In this document: piece by piece, positions 39,525 to 52,820 of the stretch
How positions within the stretch are numbered: the first letter of the stretch is position 1
How the letters are laid out: every line of letters starts with the position of its first letter
Source: Sminthopsis crassicaudata
Lineage: Eukaryota
DNA: 64,000 bases
Assembly (NCBI RefSeq): GCF_048593235.1
Contig: NC_133620.1
Span: 44,704,852-44,768,851 of the forward strand
Direction of reading: 5' to 3'
Notes under the pieces: model-generated
Seen by the model: the letters and a program-made list of their open reading frames with translations, nothing else
What the model was told of the DNA's origin: nothing
Database searches by the model: none
Made by a program: the position numbers and the translations under genes

Positions 39525-40050
39525 ATATACGTGTGTATATGTGCATTATGTGTACACACATGTATATATACATAGGTAGACATGTGAACATATGCATGGG
39601 CCTATATAAATATCCAAATGTACACACACATATATGTGCATATATACACAAATAAATACACACATACACAATTCATATACATTTACAGACATTTATATTT
39701 TCACATATATACATACACATGTATAAAACATACATAAACACAAATACATGCACACACATATGCAGATATATACATGTACATGTGCACACATATATGATGT
39801 ATGTGCATACACACCTACACATACATAATATATAATACATATCTACATGCAAGCTGCATACATACAAATATGCATGTGTACATTATGTACATACAAAAGT
39901 ACATGATGTATACATGTGAATATACAGTGTATGTATGTGTATTACATGCATGTACGTACATATAAATACAACACCTATGCATACATACATGCCTATACAG
40001 TACACATGTATGCAATTCACATATATGTGTATATGTATGTACATATATAA
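39525..40050. repeat. about 520-bp alternating purine/pyrimidine (TA/CA/TG) tract
   Basis: Degenerate atac/acat/atgt units. Confidence 0.9.
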
Positions 40051-40267
40051 AATATAATGAAAACAATGTAATGGTGTTTGGTATTTCAGATATATCTAAT
40101 TCACTGGGCAAAGATTTTTTAAATAACTTAAAGGAAAGTGAAAAAATGTATCTAAATGACTTTAAATGAGTGAAAATTCCAACCTCTATATATCACTGTT
40201 TCAGCCACCACTAACCAAAGAGCATTTTACTAATGACTTTGGCTTTTAGGCCATAAATCAAGGTTAC

Positions 40268-40330
40268 CTGAGTAGTTACACACCTCTCAGGCATCAGGAG
40301 CAGATTAGCCATGTAGCCCAGAATACTTTC
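40268..40330 (-). other. candidate 63-nt internal exon (ESILGYMANLLLMPERCVTTQ)
   Basis: Minus-strand acceptor ctctgttcctttacttttctattcacaag|G, donor CAG|gtaacc, one open frame, phase 0/0. Peptide not recognised. Confidence 0.2.
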
Positions 40331-40799
40331 CTTGTGAATAGAAAAGTAAAGGAACAGAGTAAGGCATATAATGAAGAAAGATGAACTAGTATGGCTTAAA
40401 TACAAACTATCAAACTCTGAATCAAAACAGAGACTGTTTTGACCATTATTTTCCTGGTTTCACCCATTCTTTGAAAATAGATTCAGCAAGATAACAGAAT
40501 ATTTTCACAGCCTTTCCATCTGGGCTAGAACAAGAAGTGTTTCACCAAAGGACCTATTGCCATATTTGAGGGAAGTGAACTTTAAACAATACTGTTTCAA
40601 ATTTTTGCTGAAATGAATACCAAAGAATTCCAATGACTCTTTTAAACTTAAGCAAACACCAGAACTGTAGCAGGGAAATCAAAGGTATTTCAAAATGAAA
40701 TTCTCTGCTGCTGTTTATAGCACACCCTTCCAAGATATTTTGCATGATTTCGCTATGTCTACCCCCACAAGCAGCTGGAAAGCAATCCATTGAATGACA

Positions 40800-41030
40800 A
40801 ATTGAACTTTAGGATCTACAACATCAAAGCTAGAAGTCACCTAGAAGGCCCTTTAATACAAACCATAGCTGGAAAAAATCTGACAAATGGATTTTCAACC
40901 TTTGCTTGAAAGCCTCTAATTGTGATGATCATAGTTGGTGTTTGGGAAATGGTTACCTCCATCTTACTTTTAGAAAACTCTGATTATTAGGAAGTGTTTC
41001 ATCCAGCTTAAATCTGTCTTTTTAAAATTT
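40800..41030 (-). mobile_element. CR1/L3 3' fragment
   Basis: caacctttgcttgaaagcctct is antisense of the CR1 gaggtcttcaagcaaagg motif. Confidence 0.6.
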
Positions 41031-41311
41031 CTACCCACTACTATCCCTGAGTTCAAGTAAATAAAACAAAATTTACCTACATATTAAAGACAAAGTGGAA
41101 GACTTTTAGAATTTCTATATAATTTATGCTCCAAATTATTTTTCTTCCTTGAAATTATTCTAATAATTTTTTATCTTCTCTAGTTCACTGTCTAAATTTA
41201 AATTAGAACCCCAAGGGACATATGTACTCATCTTTGAAAGCTGATATTAAGAGTATCCACTTAAAAATATTAAAGAATGAAAAAATTCTCCATTTTAATA
41301 TAGTGGGATAT

Positions 41312-42030
41312 TATTATTTTTAAAATAGCTTTTTATTTTTTCAAAATACATGCAAAGATAATTTTCAACAGTCACCCTTGCAAAAACCTTGTGTTCCAAA
41401 TTTTCTCCATCTCCCGCTGCCCTCTGTCCTAGACAGCAAATAATCAAATATGGCTTAATATCTGCAATAATTTTAAATATATTTCCATATTTATCATGCT
41501 GCACAAAAATATCAGATTAAAAAGGAAAAAAATGAGGAAAAATAAGCAAACAACAACAACAGGTGAAAATACTATGATGTGATCCACCCTCAGTTCCCAC
41601 AGTCCTCTCTCTGGGTACAGATGGCTCTCTCCATCACAAGACCATTGGAACTGGTTTGAATAATCCTATTGTTAAAAAGAGCATCCATTAGAATTGATCG
41701 TCATAGAGTCTTGTTGCCATGTACAATAATATCCTGATTCTATTCACTTCACTTAGCATCGGTTCATCTAAGTCTCTCCAGCCCCTTCTGAATCATCTTG
41801 CTGATCATTTCTTATACAACAATAATATTCCATAACATGCATATAACATAGTTCCTTGTTCTATAAAAAGGGCTGCTACAAACATTTTTTTTGCACATGT
41901 GGGTCCTTCCCCCCCTCCTTTTTATGATCTCTTTGATACAGGTCCAGTAGAGATAGCCCTGCTGGATAGCCCTTTGAGCATAGTTCCAAATTGCTCTCCA
42001 CTATGGTTGGATCAGTTCACAATTCCACTA
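41312..42030 (-). mobile_element. L1 3' fragment with internal deletions
   Basis: Antisense 3' UTR and ORF2 end (ctaagtctctccag..., gcatagttccaaattgctctcc). Confidence 0.9.
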
Positions 42031-42427
42031 ACAATGTATTTCTCTGTGATATTATTTTTTGGGTATTTTACCTTTGGATTTAGATAAGGTTGTCTTCATT
42101 AGAATACAAGTTCGTTGAGGATAGAGGCACATTTATTTTTGTCTTTTGCTTAGCACAAAGCCTTATGCAACTATAATAAGCTCTTTATAAATGCTAGATA
42201 ATTGATGTAACAAATTTAGGACAAACATCAGACCCTATAGTATGTCTTTTTCCACTTTTTCCCACAAAACCAAATAACTACTTTTGTTTTTCTATTTGTG
42301 TATCTCTTGCTTTTTTTCCTCTGTCTTCTTACTTTGTCCTTGTGTTTCCATCTGTTTTTGTATAACTTGTCTCCTGCCTACTTAGAACTATATAGTAATG
42401 ACTAAAGCATGGGTACAAGGTACAGAC

Positions 42428-43640
42428 CAATAGTTTCAAACTCAAATAAAAGCTGTCCCAACCATTCTGGAGAGCAGTTTGGAACTATGGCTATAGGACT
42501 ATAAAATTGTGCATACCCTTTGACCCTATTGTGTTTGTATCCTAAGGAAATCATAAAGGAGGGAAAAGAACAACAAAACATGTTTGCACCAGTTCTTTCA
42601 GTGGTGAAAAAGAATTGGAAAATGAGTAGATCCATCCATCAGTTGGGGACTAGCTGAATAAGCTATGGTATATTATAGTAATGGACCATTATCGCTCTGG
42701 AAAAAATGATGAACAAGCAGATTTTCAAAAAGCTTGGAAAGATTTACACAAACTGATGCTTAATGAAACAAGAAGAACCAGGGATATACATTGTATTTAG
42801 TAATATCAAGACTGTGAAATGATCAACAATGAAAGATTTTATTCTTCTCAGTGGCTTAGTGATCCAAAGCAATCTCAATAAACTTTGGATGGAAAATACT
42901 ATCTGACTCCAGAGAGAGAACTATGGAGACTGTGAACATGTGAACATGCTATATTTTTTCCTTTTCTTTGTTTTCCTCTCATGGTTTTTTCCTTTTGTTC
43001 TAATTTTTCTCTCCCAACATGATTTATAAGGAAATGTATTTTTAAAAATGTAGACCAAAGAAGAACTAAAGAACATTATGAAAGGCAAAATAGACAACTT
43101 TGATTACATTAAATTATAAAGGTTTTGCACAAACAAAACCAACAGAAACAAGATTAAAAGGGAAATTTAAAGCTGGGAAAAATTTTTACAGGCAGTGTTT
43201 CTGATGAAGATCTCATTTATAAAATATATAGAGAACTGTGTCACATTTATAAGAATAAAAACCATTCCCCAATTAATAAAGAAAATGCCATCTGCCTCCA
43301 GAAAAAAGAACTATGAAGACTGAATGTAAATCAACAATATTATCTTTACTTCTTTTTTTCCATCTTTTCTCTCCCATTGTTTTTTCCTTTTGTTCTGATT
43401 TTTCTCTCCCAACTTGATTCATAAAGAAATGTATTAAAAACAAACAATTAAATAATGAAAAAGAAGTAGAAAAATGTACATGTATAACCAGAAAAAAAAC
43501 AATAAAAACAGATAAAAGATTGACTTAGTCTTAACAATGCAAGATTACTTATGTTGTATTTTATTTTTATTTACTCTGTAAAATATTTCTCAACTACATT
43601 CTAATCTAGTTCTTGCCTATTCAGGAGTTGGAGGGCTACA
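42428..43640 (+). mobile_element. hAT-like MITE split by two L1 3' fragments (L1 about 42456-43035 and 43065-43510)
   Basis: MITE-like left part caatagtttcaaactcaaata (42428) and right part gattgacttag...taaaatatttctcaactacattctaatctagttc (43518); L1 segments align to 63043-64000. Confidence 0.55.
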
Positions 43641-43794
43641 TCATGATTATTGTGGCAATATGTATAGAAGAATCACACATGTTTAACATATTGGATTTCA
43701 TGCCATTTAGGGGAGGGGATAGAGGGAAGGCAAAGAAAAAACAATCTGGAACACAAAGTTTTACAATAGTGAATGTTGAAAATTATCTATGAAT

Positions 43795-43969
43795 GGGTCA
43801 GCTAGGTGGCATAGTGGATAGAACATTAGCCTTGAAGTCAGGAGGACTTGAGTTCAAATGTGACTTCAGGCATTTAACACTTCTTAGCTGTGTGATCCTC
43901 GGCAAGTCACTTAACCTCAATTGCCTCAACAAAAAGCCGAACCAAAAAAAAAAAAAAAAGGAAAAAAAC
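43795..43969 (+). mobile_element. WSINE1-like SINE inserted in an L1 3' UTR (about 43655-44030)
   Basis: Full head/CORE, poly-A tail, 10-bp TSD attatctatg at 43782-43791 and 43970-43979. Confidence 0.9.
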
Positions 43970-44052
43970 ATTATCTATGTTTTGAAAATAAACAGCCTTA
44001 ATAATAATAAAAAATAATTAATCAAAATAGAAAGACTTTGCTATCTATCTAG

Positions 44053-44252
44053 CAAAGGAGCGGGGAACCTTTTTTCTGCCAAGGACCATTTGTATATTTA
44101 TAACATCAGTTGCAGGTCATTATCAACTTATAGAACAGTGAGAAGGCATTGTAACTAGCTTTCACATCATCATTTGTGGTTGTCTTGGCAGAGCCAAACC
44201 AAATGGTTTTGTGGCCTTATATGGCCCACAGGATGGATGTTCCCCATCCCTG
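44053..44252. mobile_element. hAT-Charlie-type MITE (about 200 bp)
   Basis: Imperfect TIRs aaggagcggggaac / gttccccatccctg; TCTAG on both flanks, resembling the Charlie target preference. Confidence 0.7.
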
Positions 44253-44689
44253 AATTCTAGCAGTTGAATCCCAGATGGCTCTTTCCCAAACTTGTTTCTT
44301 TTACCTTCAACCCATGGACTAAACTGAGATCTTTTCCTCAAGTGGGAAAAAATGTTAACTCTGACTCTGAGCTTCTAAATTAACAATCTAATATCCATAT
44401 CTCTCCGTACAAAATGATTACTTCCACAGTAATGGATGTTTTTTGGATTATCATATAAACAAAGGTAGATCCTTGATTATTACATAAACATGATCTTTGT
44501 GTCATTAATGTTAAGTTTTTGATGGCAGATGCTACTTAAAAATAGTTTTCCTTAAATAAAATTTAAGGGACATCTCACAGTTAATTTTGTATAAAACGAT
44601 AATTCAAAAATATTGTGAATTTCCACCAAAAATCCATAAATTAAGACATTTTCACATACTGTGGTGAATGTCTATAATTATATTTATTT

Positions 44690-46040
44690 ACAGGCTATGA
44701 ATCAAGAAGGGCATTTGCAACGCTAGAGTTATCTTGGGCTTTCAGGTCTAAACAGTTTCCTCAACTTGGTGATTCCAATTCTACACCACCTTCTCTCACT
44801 GCCAATATACATAACTCTATGTGCAACTCCAATTCAGACCTCAATATCTCTTTCCCTTGGCTATCACAATAGATTCCTAATTAGTCTCCCTGGTTCTAGG
44901 CTCAGAGCTCTCCAACTCATCCTCCACACTTCTTCCAAAATTAAATAATATTCCTGGGGCATTGATGTGACCAGTATACTTCCCTGCTAAAAAAAAATCT
45001 TCAATTGCTCCAGGATAAATTACAATCTCCATGTCCTCATTTTGAAGGTATTCCATATTCTGACTCCAACCTATCCTTCCACACTTAATGAATATTATTA
45101 TCTTCTACATGCTCTATATTCTTTTTTGAGGGAGAAATATTTTAAAGAATTTAATGGAATTGAGAGTAAGGTGGGAAGGGGAAAATAATAATTCAATAAC
45201 TATACACATGAGATTTACATGGTACATGATTTTTTTATTGCATTAAGTTTATTTATTTTAATATCAATTTATATGCACTATATTCTAACAAAAACAGGAT
45301 TATTATTTATTATCTAACTTAATCTTCCATATCTTACCTTTGTGCATTTGTATACACTCACTAGCTATGTGACCCTGGGCAAATCACTTAACCCTGTTTG
45401 CCTCAGTTTTCCTCCTCTGTAAAATCAACTAGAAAAAATAAATGGCAAACTACTCCAGTATCTTTGCCAAGAAAATCCCAAAAGGAGTTTCACAGAGGCA
45501 GATTCAACTGACAAATGACTGCCTCACCCTGCCTCATTTGCTCCTTACCTCTCTTAGAATAAACTTCCTTTACTGCTGAGATCATGTGTCTTCTGCTATC
45601 TGTTATTTACACTGAACTCTTCAGTTCTTAGTGCTTGCTTTCTCTTGATTCAAATGATCCTGTTTTTATTTTTTTTTGTTTTATATTTTATTTTATGTTT
45701 TTATTTATCTGTTCACTTGTTGTAGTTTTTAAGTAGTATGTAAGTTCTTGGAAGGCAGAGATCATTTTCTATTTTGTTTCATTTTGTAAGCCCCAAGGTG
45801 GAACGTGGTGTTATAAACATGGAAGGTATTCCCCAAACCCTTTTAACTGCAATATTTTCCTTCTTTCAAATATTCTCTATTTTGAATATAGCTTATTTAA
45901 ACATAGTTTTTTGCCTGTTGTTTCCTTCATTAAAGTGTGAGCTCCTTTTACCTTTTTTTTTTGTATCCCTAGAATTTAACACAGGGCCTGACATAAGAAG
46001 GCACTTAAGGTTTATGGATAGTAAATGTTTATTGAATGAA
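44690..46040 (+). mobile_element. L2 LINE 3' region interrupted by a MAR1 SINE (about 45350-45520)
   Basis: ttcctaattagtctccctgg...ctccaactcatcctccacac L2 body; tail gcacttaagg...aaatgttttattgaatgaa; MAR1 tail ggcaaactactccagtatctttgccaagaaaa. Confidence 0.7.
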
Positions 46041-46099
46041 TATACTCATTATAGCATTAATTTCAGTAATATAGATAGGAAGAGCAATGATAAATAAAT

Positions 46100-46400
46100 T
46101 TTGTTACAGGATCTCAGAGATGGAAGTCATGTCAGAGGTCGGAGAGTTTTAATTCGTGTATGAAATTGTCTCTCCTGTAAAACATAATCCAAAAGTCAAT
46201 GTCTAATCATGTGTTCTTCAAGCCTACAAAAGAGATAGTACCTTCTATTTCCTGAGGCAGTTTATCCACTTTGGGGTTATACTAACAATTATTAGGAAAT
46301 ATTTTTCTCTCTTTATGACAGTCTTAATTCTGATTCTGCAAACTCTACCTTGGTCATTTGGGTTCAAATGGAAACTTTATAAACAGAGCTTTTCCCTCCT
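46100..46400 (-). mobile_element. CR1/L3 3' fragment
   Basis: cttctatttcctgaggcagtttatccactttggggttatactaacaattattaggaaat resembles the antisense CR1 block at 28320. Confidence 0.55.
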
Positions 46401-48712
46401 CTCTCATCCTCCCAGTTCTGCACTTTGTCTTCTCCTATAGACAAAATACATTTAGAATTGGATTTGTGATTTCAAGGCAAACTTCAAGAGAAGAAAATTC
46501 TCTACCAAAGCAGTTGAGCATCTCCTTTGCAACTCATCATCTTAGAGGTTTGCTTACAATATTAAAGGTTAAGTGACTTACCTAGGATCACATAGTTTAC
46601 CTCAAGAGCTAAACTTAAATCCTATCTCCAAGACCAATTCTAAAACCATTATACTATACTCCTTCTCCATTAGGCTAAATATTAAATTAAATTCCATAAG
46701 CATTTATTAACACATTTTCTCAGTAGTCATATTCTAATTAGAATTAGGTTTATCTCCCCAATGAGATTAAAGATCTCTCTGGGAACAGACAATGTATTAT
46801 TCATCTTTCCAACCCCTAGCACTATCATAGTATTTTGTACTTTATTTTTTGGGGGGATTGAAGTATAGCATGGAAAGATGAGAACCTAATTTGTGAGTCC
46901 CCTCATGGTGGGTATTTCTCCAATATAATGATCTTTCACAGACGCAAATTGACAACTGGCCTTCAACTTAGAGTTGCAGAAGTTTGTTGGAGGTTCCATA
47001 GGTGCCCAATGTCACATAGCAAACACAAAGAGGGGAATAATTTGTAATCACACCCTCCTTACTCTAAGATCACTTTCTATATACTATGCTACATTGTTTG
47101 TCTCCTTGAGTATAACAGGGGCTTAATAAATATGCTAAATTGAATTTAATCTTTCTTTTAAAGGCCTAAAAGTTCTGGTCATTAGAGTAGCAATGCAACT
47201 TTAAGCAGGAGTTATAACTAGAATAAATATAAAATTATATTTCCATTTTCTGTTGAGGCCTGATCTGCTCTGAAATGAGCTAATCAAATGAATTTTATAA
47301 TGTATACATTCACCAAGATATGGAACAAAGATGATACTTCAGTCTTGTGACAGAAATGCATATTAAAACTCTCCCCTTGGCAGAGAGGGGGACACCTATA
47401 GCAGCAGAATATTCCCTACATTGTCAGATGTTCTAGATTCATTATTTTGATTTAACTATTTTCTGCATTTCATTTCTGTGGGGTGAAGGTTCAATTCAGG
47501 TAGATCTGGCATATCCAAAAGTAGATGTGATAAAGAAACGAAAGATATCACGAAAATTTATTTTTTAAAGTTCATACTCATCCCTCCCCCTCCACTTGCA
47601 GCCTCATTAGTAGTAACAAGGCAGCAAGGCTTGTTGAACATTCCAAACAATACACCTTGAAGCCTCAGCAAGACTGTGAGTTCTCAAAGGTTGTACCATG
47701 TAAAAGTCAAGTAATTAAATACTGATTACTTACTGTTAAAAAAAAAAAAGACTGCTAGGAAAGCCTGAATTCAGGAGGTCTAATTTCACACCCAAGATTT
47801 CAATGGAAATTAAGCCTTTAACTCTATTCTGCTTGACTTGATCTGAAAGAAGGGGATAAGAAAAAAAGATTATAACAGCTATTCAGGCCTGCCTTTTTCC
47901 TCTGGGAGTTAGGAGAGGTGACAAACACCACTGGTAATTCATTCAGTAATCTTTTCCCCAAACAGCATTTAGGATCTTCTTCAAAATTTGGCTCTAGTTC
48001 TGTGGTTTCATTATTCTTCTCCCTTGCCCCCATACAAAGGCTCCTCCCTTTTCCAGTCTTGATTCCAGAAGAAATATTACAGTTCTTCCCAGAAACATCT
48101 AGCTTTTAATAAAGTTTGCAAACATAGTAAATACTGTCCTTCTTGCCTTATTCTGTTCCCTCCTCAAATGTTAAAATGCCTTCTTAACATTCTTCTTTGT
48201 GACCTATTTCTTGACTTCATGGCCTCTTCCATCAGGATAATTAGGCTCTATATCATGTTTAAGCTATTTCTTTTTCCCTTTTCCTTGCCTTTCTGCAACG
48301 TCTCAAAGGAGGAAAAAGACAAGAGACATCAGAAGCTATTAAACTATTTTCCTTGCTGAAAGCTATCATTGGTTTTCTATTCTTTCCATTCCCTTTCTTC
48401 TAGTTCAAGGACAGGGGTTCTTTTCATCACAGAGGCATGGTAAAGAATTATCTAATGGAAGTCCTAGTGTTGGGTTGCCAAATTTAGTAAACTGGTAACA
48501 TTAAACAACTCATAAAATGCTCTTTCAGGAGCATATACAAGAGGGCTTACACTCAACTGAACAAAAACCCACACATTTTTTTTTTTTACTTGTTGTAAAT
48601 GTGGGTGAGCAGTCAAAAGACCTTGTTTATAAAAGGGAAAGGAAGTTCAATGCCTGCTTCAATTGTTTCTAAGAACTAGTGTCTAATGCTTTTGGCAAGG
48701 AGAATCAGCCAG

Positions 48713-48784
48713 GCTTATTCACACCTCTTGGAACCTAAACATAAACATGTGAGCTTATTCACACCTACTGGAACATAAACATGC
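48713..48784. repeat. 40-bp-period tandem duplication
   Basis: gcttattcacacct..tggaac...ataaacatg at 48713 and 48753. Confidence 0.9.
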
Positions 48785-51439
48785 TGGTACCATTGGGAAA
48801 ATGTCCTGTAGCTAGCACTCAAGTGTAAAGGGGCTTTTCAAATAGCTCTTGTGTTTCTTAGTAATTAAGCTTCCCAGAAAAAATGTTGTTTGTTGACATC
48901 TGTTGTATTTGAAAGTGAAAATGTGAACAAATTGGAAATATATGTAAAGCAAAATGCAGTTTCCTTTTATACCTTGTCCTTGATGATCTTTTGATTCCAG
49001 AAGGAAACATTTTTGAAAGGACATTTCATCATAAATCATAAGTTCTTAGAATCTGAAAATAAATTCATTTTTAAAACGATGACCATAATATACAACCAAA
49101 CCTCATATATAAGAGGCATTTAGCAAACTTTTATGGGATTGACTTTAGAATGTCAATGTAGAGAGCAGTTAGGCTGGCCAGATACTGCGTATTTCTTATT
49201 AAAGCAATTAGGAATTCTTTTAGATGGTTTGCCTAATGAAGTGCATATTTGTTTTTTGATGACAAAAATCCTATCATGACAACTATCTTCACTTATGCAA
49301 AACTATGTTTCTAAGTTACAGAGTTGGAACTTTTTGCTTGGACAAAGAGATTACTCCACACCTAGTAAGTTACAGGCAAGACCTGAAACTAGGTCTTCAG
49401 AACTGAAGTGATGAACCTCTATCTACTATATCCCATACTACATTCATCATTTTAAGCATGATTAACAAGTGTCAGCACATGCCTTTCAATGCCCATAATT
49501 TCTAGATTCAATCTATAGATGCAGAAAATTCTCATGCCAGCTTTTGAATCCTTAAAATTAAATTCAAATGATCAATTGCACTGAAACATTTTTTTTGTGG
49601 TTTTATGTATTTGGGGAGTGAAGTTCATTTTATTTATTAAAATATGAACATATTTTTCCTTTTTTTAGGGAACAGAAATGCAGAATCATGTTTTGTAATG
49701 AGTTCTGGGAAGTTACAGCCAAAGTTCTAGTGTATTACTTCTAAATTTCAACTTGTTTGTTTCTCAAATGACACTTATGGATTGAGCTCTTCAAATCCAA
49801 TCTCTTAGTATTTATGTTTGTTTCACAAAAGGTAGGAATAGGGATTGGACCCAAGATTTCACTGAGAAATTGGTAAGAATTATCTTTACCAAAGTAGTTC
49901 AGCATCTTTTCTGTACCTTATAATCTTAAATTCTTGTAACTGAGAAATTAAATAACTTTCTAAACCATCACACAACCAGAGGGGGGATTTTATTGCCTTT
50001 CTGATTTGGCAAAAGATTTTCTATCCAATACTGTCATTTATAAAGGGTAAAAGGGGAAAAATGTGTATTTCTTAAAGAAAAATGCAACAGGAAAGGAATA
50101 GATAGTTTGGTTTGCTTAAGGACCAGTCCCATTTCCTTCAGATGGTAAATCAGTTTTTGCAACCAAATTCTAAGTTGCATCCTGAGCTTGTGGCTTTCAA
50201 GAGAGTAGAGTACCAGACTTAGTAGCAGAGAATCTTGGTGTGTTTGTGGGATTCAAATGTGGAAGAGTAAATTTTCATGTCCCAGATGAAAAAATGCAAT
50301 TCTCCTGATTCTGTTAAGATCTAGCATAGAAAAATACAAGATGGTTGAACAATGATTTATAACAGTGAGAATTCCAGTATAAATCTTTTACTAGTGAAAG
50401 GTCTTTCAGAAGTGGGGGTAGGAGGGAGCACAACAATGTGGGTGGTACCAACACTGCTTCTGGGACAGAAAGAATGAAAAAGGGAGGAGACAGAAATACC
50501 TCATTCTGTACAAGATTCCTGTCTTATCTCCAGTCCAACAATATTCATTTTGACTTGTTGGAAATAGAAAACTCATGCTTAAATTTTAATATAGTTCCAA
50601 AGTAACTGTATAAAAATGAGGATGTTTTCTTGGCTTGTCTCACTTTTTGGTCCAGGTACCAAATGGATTCACATAAAATTGCTGACATGATTTACTCTTG
50701 ATTTATGTCATAGTGGACATTTATAGGTGCTTCAATAATCTATAAGCTGTGCACATTTTTTGGAAGGGATTCTAATATCTGTAAACTAGTAATGGATTAA
50801 TTGGCAAGTTACTCAATTTTATTTTAGAAATGTTACTGGATGAAGATGACAACATTAGGGACTAATTAGAAATGAATGAACTAAAATTTGGTCCATCAAA
50901 CATCTATAAAGTGATACTTCAAATATTTAATCTTGATAAATCCCAATAACATTTTTTCTCCAAGTATATTTCCCTTAAATTTTAAAGCCAAGTGGAATTT
51001 AAAGGAAATACAATCCATATGCTTTTGATTCATTTGCACTTACATCATCAAAATATTTCTGCTAAGAGCAATATGATGTCTGACAAAGACCCTGATCTGT
51101 CATACAGAAGATCTTTTTATACTTTTCTTTAAGTATTCTTTTTAAAAATAAAGAAAGCAAACAACACTTTTCCAATTATATTTGAAAAACAAAAAATTAT
51201 AGTTTGATTTCACAGTCTGTACTTAAGGCATTTCAGAGACCCTAAAACTGACAAAATTGAGTTTTCTTATCTGGAGACAGAAAGGTCTTGAACTAATAAC
51301 AGCACTGAAATAATATATGTATCACATTTTATACTTTAATGCTTCTCCCTAATATACAAAATGAGTTAATTGCAAAAGGAGGTAGTATAATGGTATAATG
51401 AAATATTTGAACTTTCAATCTTCTTTCTGCCCTTAGGAC

Positions 51440-51620
51440 AACTAAATGGCACAGCAGAAAGAATTTTGGGCAGGGAGCCTGGGAGATGAGTTCAAATTTG
51501 AACTCAGACACTTCTTAGTGACTTTGGGCAGTCATTTGAGAGCTATTTGTCTCCATTTTCTTGTCTATAAAATGGGAATAATAATGGCACTTTAATTTCC
51601 AGGATTGTTGTTCCTCATTG
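51440..51620 (+). mobile_element. MIR/MAR-type SINE containing a perfect 20-bp palindrome
   Basis: Head, CORE and aaaatgggaataataatggcac tail; palindrome tgagttcaaatttgaactca at 51487-51506. Confidence 0.75.
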
Positions 51621-51689
51621 TGAAGTACAAACTTAAAAGAAAAAAGCCTTTATAACAAATTTAAATATTAAAGCAAAACAAAGGACTAC

Positions 51690-52420
51690 ATTGACTTGCA
51701 TGACAATAATTATGTATGCATTTTTCTTCATTATGAGTCCATATCCATTACTTCTTTCTATAAATAGTAAGCATGCTTCATCATTAGGTTTTGAAATTGA
51801 GTACAAGATCCTCTTTGCAGTGATTGGAGATCTTAAATCTTTCCAAGTTCCTTTTTTAAATAATGTTATTACAGACTTTTTTTTTTCGGTTCTGTTCTTT
51901 TCATTATGTATCAGTTCATACAAGGTATCCCAAATTTCTCTGAAACCATTATTTTTTAGCAGTTCTTTTGGCAAAATAATATTCCATTGCCATTTATATA
52001 TTATAATCTGTTTATCTATTCCCTAAATAATGGTCATTTCCTTACTTGTCTAGTTCTTTTCTGTAAGAGAAAGAGATGTTATACATTTTGTTCAAATATG
52101 GGTTCATTTTTTTCTTTTGAGTATAGGTCCATGAATGATATCCCTAGGTATATACAATTTAATATTTTGTTTTGTTTTGTTTTTTTTTGGTATGATTCCC
52201 TATTGTTTTCCAGACCAACTAGACAAATTCAGAGATTCACCAATAATGGGTTAATATGCATATTTTCTCCTCAGTCCCTTTAACAATTATTGCTTTCCTT
52301 TTCTGTCCTCTTTGTCATTCTGATGGTTGTGAGGTAGAACCTCAGAGTTGCTTTAATTTGCATTTATCTAATTATTAGTGATTTAGAGCATTTTTATATG
52401 GTTCTTAATAGCTTGGATTT
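51690..52420 (-). mobile_element. old L1 ORF2-end / 3' UTR fragment
   Basis: gtgaggtagaacctcagagttgctttaatttgcattt is antisense of the MQIKxTLR region. Confidence 0.85.
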
Positions 52421-52559
52421 CTGGAAGATGTCTGCAATTTGACACAGAGTGACATGATCACACTCAGGAAAACAATCTAATCAGTAGCAACATAAGTGAA
52501 AATAATGAAATGAAGTCTGGTCCTGTGTAATTACAATACCAAAAAATGCCAAAAAATAA

Positions 52560-52820
52560 AAAAAAGTTCTTGGCTCCAAAGAAAGAATAAAGAAATGTTA
52601 AGAGCCCCTGTCTTTTTGTTGGAGAAGTAGAAGATGGTAGGTAGGGAATATTGCAAGCTTTGTCAAAACATATAGATTGCTTGATTTTCTTTTTTTAAAT
52701 GCCCTTTTTTGGGGGAGTTGTTTTGTTTTTGACTTGTTTTTATTATATTGTATAGGGGTACAGATTATATCTATCTTTGGCTGTGCTATAAAATCAAAAG
52801 GGGTCAATAAAGCATTTTAA
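52560..52820 (+). mobile_element. old L1-like 3' terminus
   Basis: ggagaagtagaagatggtaggtagggaatattgca...atcaaaaggggtcaataaagc; a similar block lies at 47300-47520. Confidence 0.5.
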
